IMG/VR virus record: IMGVR_UViG_3300042691_018174 | Source: a virus | Strand: one strand, 5' to 3' | Length of the DNA stretch: 64,000 nucleotides | Part shown: in pieces, positions 20,549 to 27,540 of the stretch | How the letters are laid out: each line of letters starts with the position of its first letter | Position numbering within the stretch: the stretch's first letter is position 1 | Made by a program: the position numbers and the translations under genes | Notes under the pieces: generated by a model | What the model was told of the DNA's origin: nothing | Databases searched by the model: none | The model's input: the letters and a program-made list of their open reading frames with translations, nothing else

Positions 20549-22334
20549 ACTAAAAACTATAACAGTAAAAAACTTCATGAGTGTGGGTAATCAAACCCAA
20601 GCAGTTGACTTTGATAAAGCCCATTTAACATTAGTGTTAGGCGAAAATTTAGACTTGGGCGGCGATGACAGCGGAAGTCGAAACGGTACTGGAAAAACTA
20701 CTATCATTAATGCTTTAAGTTATTCTCTTTATGGGGAAGCATTAACTAAAATTAAGAAAGAAAATTTAATTAATAAAACTAACGGAAAAAATATGGTAGT
20801 CACCGTTGAGTTTGAGATTAATGGTAGAAAATATAAGATAGAGCGCGGAAGAAAGCCAAATTTTTTAAAATTTTATGTTGATCAAATAGAATTACAAAAC
20901 GACGACGGCGACGACGATGCGCAAGGCGACAGTCGAGAAACACAAAAAGCTATAGAATCGTTGATTGGAATGACTCCCACAATGTTCAAGCACTTAGTAG
21001 CACTGAATACATACACTGAACCGTTCTTATCTATGAGGAACAATGATCAAAGAGATGTTATCGAACAATTATTAGGCATTACTATATTAAGTGAAAAAGC
21101 AGAACTATTAAAAATACAGTTGAAAGAAGTTAAAGATAAAATTCAAGCGGAAAATTTTAAAATAGAAAGCATAAGGAACAGCAATGACAAAGTACAACAA
21201 TCGATCAATAGCTTGGTTAACAAGTCCAATGCCTGGGAAACTAAACGAACAGAAGATTCAAGAAAGCTTCAAGAAGCCATCGACGAGCTGTGTTCTGTTG
21301 ACATCGAAAACGAGATTGCCAATCACGAAAAATTAAAAAATTATTTAGAACTATCTGAAAAAATATCATCTTTAAACAAACAAAAAGCTACTTTAGAAAC
21401 AGCATTAACACAGGCAGAAAAGACAGCAAAAAAATATACAGATGAGCTGACTTCTTTAGAAAATAAAAAATGTCCGGCTTGTGATCAAGAATTGCATGAT
21501 CACAAACATGAAGACATGATTAATAAGGTTAATAAAAATCTTACTGATTCAGTAATCTATATGGAAGGTATAAGTTCTGAATTAAATTCTGTCAAATCTG
21601 ATCTAGAAAAAATAGGTGACATCAATGGTCGCCCTGTAACTTTTTATGAAAGAGCAGAAGAAGCATACAATCATAGAAATAATCTAGATAGTTTAGAAAG
21701 AGCACTAGTTGACAAAACTTCAGAATCAAATCCTTTCTTAGAGCAGATAGAAGAATTGAAAAACACTGCTATGCAAGATCTTGATTGGCAAGGTATCAAT
21801 GATCTAACTTCATTAAAAGATCACATGGAGTTCTTACACAAATTATTGACTAATAAAGATAGCTTCGTTAGAAAGAAGATTATTGATCAGAATCTAAGTT
21901 ACTTGAATAAAAGACTAAGTTATTATCTGACCAAGAGCGGATTACCTCACCAAGTAAGATTTTTAAACGATCTAAATGTCGAAATCACACAGTTGGGGCA
22001 GGATTTAGACTTCGATAATCTTAGCCGAGGTGAAAGAAATCGATTGATTTTAAGTTTAAGTTGGGCATTTAGAGACGTTTGGGAGAGTTTGTATCAGCCA
22101 ATTAATCTGTTGTTCATTGACGAACTGATTGATGCAGGTATGGACAGTGCAGGTGTAGAAGCTGGTCTTTCTATACTAAAGAAAATGTCAAGGGAACGCA
22201 ATAAGAACATATATCTCATCAGTCACAAAGATGAACTAGCGGGAAGAGTTAATAGTATATTAAGAGTAGTTAAAGAAAACGGGTTTACTAGCTATTCTAA
22301 TGATACTGACGTTATAGAACCGGCATTGTCATGA
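20541..22334 (+). CDS. Recombination ATPase, gp46/Rad50/SbcC-like
   Basis: Likely start ATG 20541 (MFKLKTITVKNFMSVG). Walker A NGTGKT, coiled coil with CPAC zinc hook, signature LSRGE, Walker B LFIDE, H-loop ISH. Confidence 0.95.
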   Translation: MFKLKTITVKNFMSVGNQTQAVDFDKAHLTLVLGENLDLGGDDSGSRNGTGKTTIINALSYSLYGEALTKIKKENLINKTNGKNMVVTVEFEINGRKYKIERGRKPNFLKFYVDQIELQNDDGDDDAQGDSRETQKAIESLIGMTPTMFKHLVALNTYTEPFLSMRNNDQRDVIEQLLGITILSEKAELLKIQLKEVKDKIQAENFKIESIRNSNDKVQQSINSLVNKSNAWETKRTEDSRKLQEAIDELCSVDIENEIANHEKLKNYLELSEKISSLNKQKATLETALTQAEKTAKKYTDELTSLENKKCPACDQELHDHKHEDMINKVNKNLTDSVIYMEGISSELNSVKSDLEKIGDINGRPVTFYERAEEAYNHRNNLDSLERALVDKTSESNPFLEQIEELKNTAMQDLDWQGINDLTSLKDHMEFLHKLLTNKDSFVRKKIIDQNLSYLNKRLSYYLTKSGLPHQVRFLNDLNVEITQLGQDLDFDNLSRGERNRLILSLSWAFRDVWESLYQPINLLFIDELIDAGMDSAGVEAGLSILKKMSRERNKNIYLISHKDELAGRVNSILRVVKENGFTSYSNDTDVIEPALS

Positions 22335-22582
22335 TAAGAAACGAGCACGAACGATTTTTAGATTTAGTTCTAGAATATTATAATTGTAGAGAGGCCTGGT
22401 TAGAAAAAAATACCAAAGTTAATCACATGAGATATCGAAGAGTACTAAAAGAAATAAGGGCACATACAAAAATAATGATAGACAAAGTGCAACAAGTAAA
22501 TTCACACAAACTATCAGTAAACAAAGAAAATAAAGAAAAAACCGGAACTTTCGCAAGAAAGTCCAAACCAATCGATCTTTGA
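22331..22582 (+). CDS. Small basic helical protein, possible diverged Hc1-like paralogue
   Basis: ATGA overlap with gp46; ungapped similarity to the next gene around RxRxxLxE. Confidence 0.65.
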   Translation: MIRNEHERFLDLVLEYYNCREAWLEKNTKVNHMRYRRVLKEIRAHTKIMIDKVQQVNSHKLSVNKENKEKTGTFARKSKPIDL

Positions 22583-22609
22583 CATTTCAATTTCTATTTG
22601 AAGTCAAAG
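22577..22609 (+). promoter_or_regulatory. Intergenic inverted repeat followed by a variant late box (TAAGTA, 22620-22625)
   Basis: CTTTGACatTTCAA...TTGAAGTCAAAG imperfect stem over the upstream stop codon; function unknown. Confidence 0.35.
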
Positions 22610-22651
22610 TATCTTTACGTAAGTAAGTTAACTTTAATAAGGAAAAATAAA

Positions 22652-22846
22652 ATGAGTGATACCGTAAAACTAATTGAACAAACCTTAGAGCAGTGGCGTG
22701 CAGAAGACGCTAAATTTGCTTCTGGAAACAATGCCGCAGGGACTCGAGCTAGAAAGGCTTTAGCTGAACTTAGCAAAGCAGTGAAGGCTCGCCGTAACGA
22801 AATCACAGCAGAAAAGAACGCTCGTAAAGAAGCAAAGGCTGCTTAA
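22652..22846 (+). CDS. Histone H1-like (Hc1-family) small basic protein (64 aa)
   Basis: KFASGNNAAGTRARKALAELSKAVKARRNEI matches the Hc1 N-terminal pattern GNxAAGxRARK. Start set to ATG 22652 (AAGGA SD). Confidence 0.8.
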   Translation: MSDTVKLIEQTLEQWRAEDAKFASGNNAAGTRARKALAELSKAVKARRNEITAEKNARKEAKAA

Positions 22847-23010
22847 TGTCAGACGTTGACGCAAAAAAGATTCAACAACTTGAATATAATCTTAAAAGAT
22901 TAGAACAAATGGTTTTACAGTTATCGAACCGTGTTAACTATCTAGAGCGTGAGCGTCAACGTATAAAAAATGATGTTAGTCAAATTGCTGGATATATTAG
23001 AAGACAATGA
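22846..23010 (+). CDS. Small coiled-coil protein (54 aa), below the ORF-track cutoff
   Basis: MSDVDAKKIQQLEYNLKRLEQMVLQLSNRVNYLERERQRIKNDVSQIAGYIRRQ; TAATG overlap upstream and ATGA overlap downstream fill the gap exactly; heptad leucines. Confidence 0.85.
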   Translation: MSDVDAKKIQQLEYNLKRLEQMVLQLSNRVNYLERERQRIKNDVSQIAGYIRRQ

Positions 23011-23453
23011 CTTGGTTATTTGAAGGAGTCGATGTTGAGCAACTGCCTGAAGATTGTGTTGGATTTGTTTATATAATTACTAACTTGATCACAGGCCGCA
23101 TGTACATAGGCAAAAAATTAGCAAAATTCGCAAAAACAACATACAAAGTACACAAATTAAAAAACGGCACCAAAAAACGCAAAAGAATAAGAAGCAAAGT
23201 AGATAGCGATTGGCAAGAATATTACGGCTCTAGCGACGAATTAAACTCAGATATAGAAAAATTAGGCAAAGAAAACTTCAAACGTGAAATCCTTCATTAT
23301 TGCACAAGTAAATCAGAAACTTCATATCTCGAAGCTAAAGAACAATTTGAACGTAAAGTATTAGAAACCAATGAATATTATAACGGTCATATTCAAGTTC
23401 GTGTTCACGGCTCTCACATAATCAAAAAAATTAAGGCTCAAAAAAACAGTTAA
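23007..23453 (+). CDS. Stand-alone GIY-YIG endonuclease (148 aa)
   Basis: GFVYIITNLITGRMYIGKK, YYGSS, YLEAKEQ (catalytic Glu), YYN; basic insert KLKNGTKKRKRIRSK; no C-terminal DNA-binding domain. Confidence 0.9.
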   Translation: MTWLFEGVDVEQLPEDCVGFVYIITNLITGRMYIGKKLAKFAKTTYKVHKLKNGTKKRKRIRSKVDSDWQEYYGSSDELNSDIEKLGKENFKREILHYCTSKSETSYLEAKEQFERKVLETNEYYNGHIQVRVHGSHIIKKIKAQKNS

Positions 23454-23454
23454 T

Positions 23455-23840
23455 GACTCGCACAGGTTAATTTCATGTGCCTAGTGACAACCCACGGAGA
23501 GGTGGGGGACGGAAGACTCTGCGCTGTACAGAGCACTCAGTAACTATCCTTAACAGGACGATGATCAGATATGCCTACATACAACTGGTTTTGCTGTTTG
23601 AAAAAATTTAAAAAAGGCTAAAGGAGGGGAGAAATACCCCAGGTTACTAGATAAGATAACGTTTATCTAGCAACTGCCGTCATAAAGAAGACGGGATGAG
23701 TAGGTACCGGATGACCGCCTGCGCATTTGCTATTTGCAAATATAATCCTTACGTTATGTGGTTGTGCTACTCGGATGATGTACAAACATTTTTTTGCCCG
23801 GCAACGGGCGAAATGTGGCTGATTTATCTGGATGATATCT
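23455..23840 (+). ncRNA. Putative large structured non-coding RNA of unassigned class (about 380 nt)
   Basis: About 44% GC by hand count over 23461-23820, clearly above the AT-rich flanks. At least 10 stems, GNRA tetraloops (GAAA 23631-34, GCAA 23801-04) and G-U pairs favouring the + strand, plus long-range helices. Ends are approximate. Confidence 0.7.
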
Positions 23841-23842
23841 TA

Positions 23843-23915
23843 AAACACTTCGTGTTTATTCAAAGAAATAAAAATGTGAATCACGTAGTGATGAACAAGT
23901 GAGCGTAGCTCACTT
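23843..23915. repeat. Cluster of three C-GNA-G triloop hairpins
   Basis: AAACAC-TTC-GTGTTT (GAA loop on the - strand), TGT-GA-ATCAC-GTA-GTGAT-GA-ACA, AAGTGAGC-GTA-GCTCACTT. Confidence 0.75.
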
Positions 23916-23922
23916 AATACAA

Positions 23923-24141
23923 TCAAATAAATGCCATACCACTATCTTTAGTGATTTTCATATTTTCTTTTATAATATCTGTGATGATCTCTCGATCTTC
24001 ATGTGTTAGCATATAAGCCTCATTCAGATTGATACCGCCTCTCATTTGCCATGCTATTCTGAGTATTTCTTTTACAAGGGCTTTCGCTTCATCGTCAATT
24101 CTAGTGGTGTAATTGACGATCTCAGACAGGGTTAAAGTCAA
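23923..24141 (-). CDS. gp51-like / tail chaperone 'T' segment, probably expressed by -1 frameshift from the upstream gene
   Basis: IAWQMRGGINLNEAYMLTHEDREII resembles gp51 and tail-chaperone C-terminal helices; only a TTG start with no well-spaced SD; frame is open back through the slippery site at 24159-24153. Confidence 0.7.
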   Translation of the reverse strand: MTLTLSEIVNYTTRIDDEAKALVKEILRIAWQMRGGINLNEAYMLTHEDREIITDIIKENMKITKDSGMAFI

Positions 24142-25010
24142 AAGCCTTGATCGAAAAAACTTGAATAATCAAACTCAAATGGCACTGTTACTTCAGCTGG
24201 CGCACCTTTTTCCACATACTGAGGTGGTGTCTGTACAGTTAAAGTTCTGTCGTTGTTGTGATTGTTCAGTTTTCTAAAAGCATCTGAGATCTTACTGAAA
24301 ATATCTTTATCTACATTGTTTAGAAATTCTTTAATGTGTTCTGGATTGGTTGTGTTACCTTCTACAGTTTCGATCTTGTAGATTCCATTGATCATCTGCA
24401 TCAATGTTGCATCTGCAATGGTATTCATAGCCTGTGCTGTTAGATTAACACGCTGTTCTTCAGTGATCTCTGTCTCTCGGATCAAAGTGGCTAGTATGCG
24501 ATTACTGTCGAAACTCAATAGATTGTAATCAGTCATAACTTTATAACTCACAGGAGCAATATATACTGTCATATCTCCGCTGATTGTTACTGATTCATCC
24601 CATAAAGTATTTTCTATGATCTTATCTAAAATTGGTCTTAAATCAATTTCATAAGGTTCTGCTTCTTGGAATCCTGGAATGTTAACACTCATGGTCATTT
24701 TTTCACCATATGTGGCTATTCTTATGGCAATTAAAATAGCATCTAAATCTATAGAAGGTATCGCCCAAGCGTTTTTTATGTTAGGTACACAGCTCTGTAT
24801 AACATCCACTGTAGTTCTACCATTAAACAACGCATCAGGTGTCCTTATTAATAATTCATCTTTTGCAGTCAATCCGTAGACAGGTAGTTCGCCATTTTCA
24901 GGAAATTCTAAGGAACCTTCAGGCCAAAATTTACCTCCGCTGGGTAATTTTAAAAACATCTTAGGTCTACGCATAAAAGATGATAAAGGATTTTTCTGCT
25001 GTTCTGCCAT
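24138..25010 (-). CDS. Baseplate hub assembly / tail chaperone protein, T4 gp26-like (290 aa)
   Basis: LKLPSGGKFWP, VYGLTAKDELL, IDLDAILIAIRIATYGE are gp26-family motifs; the usual CxxC pairs are absent. Confidence 0.82.
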   Translation of the reverse strand: MAEQQKNPLSSFMRRPKMFLKLPSGGKFWPEGSLEFPENGELPVYGLTAKDELLIRTPDALFNGRTTVDVIQSCVPNIKNAWAIPSIDLDAILIAIRIATYGEKMTMSVNIPGFQEAEPYEIDLRPILDKIIENTLWDESVTISGDMTVYIAPVSYKVMTDYNLLSFDSNRILATLIRETEITEEQRVNLTAQAMNTIADATLMQMINGIYKIETVEGNTTNPEHIKEFLNNVDKDIFSKISDAFRKLNNHNNDRTLTVQTPPQYVEKGAPAEVTVPFEFDYSSFFDQGF

Positions 25011-25023
25011 TTTTTTAACTCCG

Positions 25024-25049
25024 ATAAATATATTGTAGCATTATTTATA
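25024..25049. promoter_or_regulatory. Interlocked pair of late promoters (+ ATAAATA 25024-30; - TATAAATA 25049-42)
   Basis: Both boxes lie in the 64-nt divergent gap between the gp26-like and tape-measure genes. Confidence 0.7.
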
Positions 25050-25074
25050 TGCGCATATTTTTGGATGAAATCAA

Positions 25075-27528
25075 ATGGCAGACGTAACTGGTAATATTGG
25101 TAATGAAAGTGTAAGATTACGGGGCATGGCCCTAGAAGATACCCAATATCGGATGCAACAGGATATTGAGGACTTACTCGACGTCACTAAAGCCATGGCG
25201 CAAAAGCAAGGTGCCAATTTAGGACAGTTAAACGCTCAAACTGGAAGATTAGGACAAGCATTAGCAGGAGCAGCTACAGCTGCCGGCGCAGCTGGTGCGC
25301 AATCTGGTAAGCTAGGTGGATTACTGGCTAAGCTAAATTCTGGCGGAGAAAAATTTAAAAAAGTAATGGATGTAGTTGGTGGTTTGAATAGAATTCTTAG
25401 AAATATGGATTCAAATATCAACGACGCATCCTATACCATGAGAAGTCTAGGTGCCACTATACGTGGTCCTATGGGAAAATTTATTGAATATACTGCAAAT
25501 TCTGTCAGTCAATTAGAAGATCAATTTCAAGTATACAAAAGATTGAGTTCTATGGGTGGTGCAGTTGCAGATGATTTTGATAATTTAAGAGTCAATGCTG
25601 CACGAACTGGTGTGACTATGCAGGAATATGCAGGGTTAGTGGCAGAAAACTACAACAACTTAAGATTGGGTGGTAGAAGTGTTAGAAACACTATGCAAGA
25701 TTTGACTAAAGGTGTAGAATCTTTAATTGAAGATCAAAATATTCCATATATAATGCAGAGATTAGGTATAAGCACTGATCAATACGGTAAAGTGATGTTA
25801 CAACAGACAGCATTGATGGGGGGGTTTAGTAAAGTATATAAAGATCAAGGCAGTAATTTTAATAATTCTCTATTACGTGCAGTTAAGACTACTACATTAT
25901 TATCAGAAGCATTTGGTGCTCAACGTGATCAGATTATGGAAGCATTGAACGAAGCATCTAGAGATGCAATATTTGCCCAGCAATTTGAAAATTTATTACC
26001 AGAACAAAAAGAAGTAAAAAATGCAGTGTTTCAAGCTGTGTCTGCTATGGGGTTGTCACCAGAAGAAGCTAAACAACTTACTATTAGTATGTTGTCAGAT
26101 GTTCCTACTCCGTTTTATACTGAAATGATGGCAGCAGGTGGTGAGCCAATATTAAATTCTATTAGAACTCTTGCTGACAGGATGCAAGCTGATCCTGCTA
26201 ACATAGATAAAATAATGAAGCCAGGTTTTGAAGACTTAAAGAAAAAGTTTCAAGATTATGCTAAAGAGTTTGGAAATGAAGGAGCATTATCTAGATTCTT
26301 TGCTGATCCAAATTCTCCACTAAAGAGAGGTACAGAAGTTTTATTAGGTGGTGCAAGACGATTTGCCACTGAAGGAATCGATGCAATTATTACGTCAACA
26401 CAAAATTATACTGGTGAAAATAAAAAGAACATTGATACACTTTTAGATGTACAAAAACAAAACATCAAACTGGCGATAACAGCAGCTAAAGCTAATGTCG
26501 CGCTCAATGCTTTTGGTCTAACAGCAGCTACCGGAGTACAACTTTTAACTCAAGCATTAGTAGGTAGTACTGGTACAGTAATAGGTGAATTGGGAAATAC
26601 CTCGGAATTCAAAGATTTACAGAATTTGATGAGAGAATATACCAAAACTGGAAATGATACTGTAAATGAACTACAAAAAGATTTAGAAAATTTAATAAGA
26701 ACACAAGTCAATCTAGCAAGATCGGGAGCAAATCCCCCAGCCAGTGGCGGTAACGGAAGTGGTAGTGGCGGAAATAGAACTACCACTGGAGTAGATGCAG
26801 GAACTGCAGAAACTCAGGTACAAGTTAAAACAACTCCTGGTAGAGATGGTAAAGTAGAAACAATGACCATAGGTGAGTTGGATAAAAAAGGTGGACAAGC
26901 GACTGCAGGCGGTCCCACTCCTGTGAGTACGCAGCAGTTAATAGCTGCTATTACTAAAATTACTAGAAATTTTATTCTTACTGCGGTTGATGACCCACAT
27001 CATAGAAGTTCTTCCCCTGGTTCAACTCACACAAAAGGAAATGCGATTGATATCTCTATTCCCGGCGGTACTGCAAGAGATTACGAACAAAGAACTGCAG
27101 AAATACGTTCAATGTTAGAAAATTTTGGTTTAAAAGCAGGCAAAAAACCAGGTGAAGGCGATTTCTATCTACAAGACGAGATGAAAAATCCTAGTCCGGG
27201 ATCAACAGGACCACACATACATTTAGAACTAACAAACCCAAACAGATTCAGCGAACAATTTCAAAGAAGTGTTGATTCTTTAAGATCGAATCAAAATTCA
27301 TCACAAAGCTCAAATGGTTCTAACCAAACTAGCAGCGTCAGCGGAGTATCTTCCACTGCCAGTTCCAATGTGTTGCAGTCGCCTGCAGTGGTAAATAGTA
27401 GTAATAGCCCAAATACAGATACTATACTGTCTCTATCACAAGTGATGGGTGATGTAGCCACTGAAATTAGGACTATGAGAATATCTATACAAAATTTAGA
27501 AACTACAATGGAAAGAGCTGTTTCATAA
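25075..27528 (+). CDS. Tape-measure-like protein with C-terminal M15-type Zn peptidase domain (817 aa)
   Basis: About 550 aa of Ala/Gly/Gln-rich helical sequence, a Gly/Ser linker, then HTKGNAID (H-x6-D) and PHIHLE (HxH); neighbours the chaperone-like gene. Confidence 0.7.
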   Translation: MADVTGNIGNESVRLRGMALEDTQYRMQQDIEDLLDVTKAMAQKQGANLGQLNAQTGRLGQALAGAATAAGAAGAQSGKLGGLLAKLNSGGEKFKKVMDVVGGLNRILRNMDSNINDASYTMRSLGATIRGPMGKFIEYTANSVSQLEDQFQVYKRLSSMGGAVADDFDNLRVNAARTGVTMQEYAGLVAENYNNLRLGGRSVRNTMQDLTKGVESLIEDQNIPYIMQRLGISTDQYGKVMLQQTALMGGFSKVYKDQGSNFNNSLLRAVKTTTLLSEAFGAQRDQIMEALNEASRDAIFAQQFENLLPEQKEVKNAVFQAVSAMGLSPEEAKQLTISMLSDVPTPFYTEMMAAGGEPILNSIRTLADRMQADPANIDKIMKPGFEDLKKKFQDYAKEFGNEGALSRFFADPNSPLKRGTEVLLGGARRFATEGIDAIITSTQNYTGENKKNIDTLLDVQKQNIKLAITAAKANVALNAFGLTAATGVQLLTQALVGSTGTVIGELGNTSEFKDLQNLMREYTKTGNDTVNELQKDLENLIRTQVNLARSGANPPASGGNGSGSGGNRTTTGVDAGTAETQVQVKTTPGRDGKVETMTIGELDKKGGQATAGGPTPVSTQQLIAAITKITRNFILTAVDDPHHRSSSPGSTHTKGNAIDISIPGGTARDYEQRTAEIRSMLENFGLKAGKKPGEGDFYLQDEMKNPSPGSTGPHIHLELTNPNRFSEQFQRSVDSLRSNQNSSQSSNGSNQTSSVSGVSSTASSNVLQSPAVVNSSNSPNTDTILSLSQVMGDVATEIRTMRISIQNLETTMERAVS

Positions 27529-27540
27529 AAGGATTATTTA

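Noticed and set aside
22579-22607. Second sigma70 promoter at TTGACA 22579
   Set aside because: No -10 hexamer at 16-18 nt spacing; the motif is part of an inverted repeat.
23696-23902. 68-aa ORF with an apparent MWLxYxDD repeat inside the non-coding element
   Set aside because: No convincing SD, atypical Cys-rich composition, and it overlaps dense stems; the peptide repeat follows from the 57-nt nucleotide repeat. Not fully excluded without ribosome profiling.
23455-23915. RNase P RNA, tmRNA, group I/II intron or hammerhead identity for the structured element
   Set aside because: GGACGGAAGACTC only loosely resembles GAGGAAAGUCC and has no P4 partner; no tRNA-like ends; no interrupted gene, P7 pair or domain V; no CUGAUGA/GAAA core in the right geometry. 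Judged by eye; cmscan is still needed.
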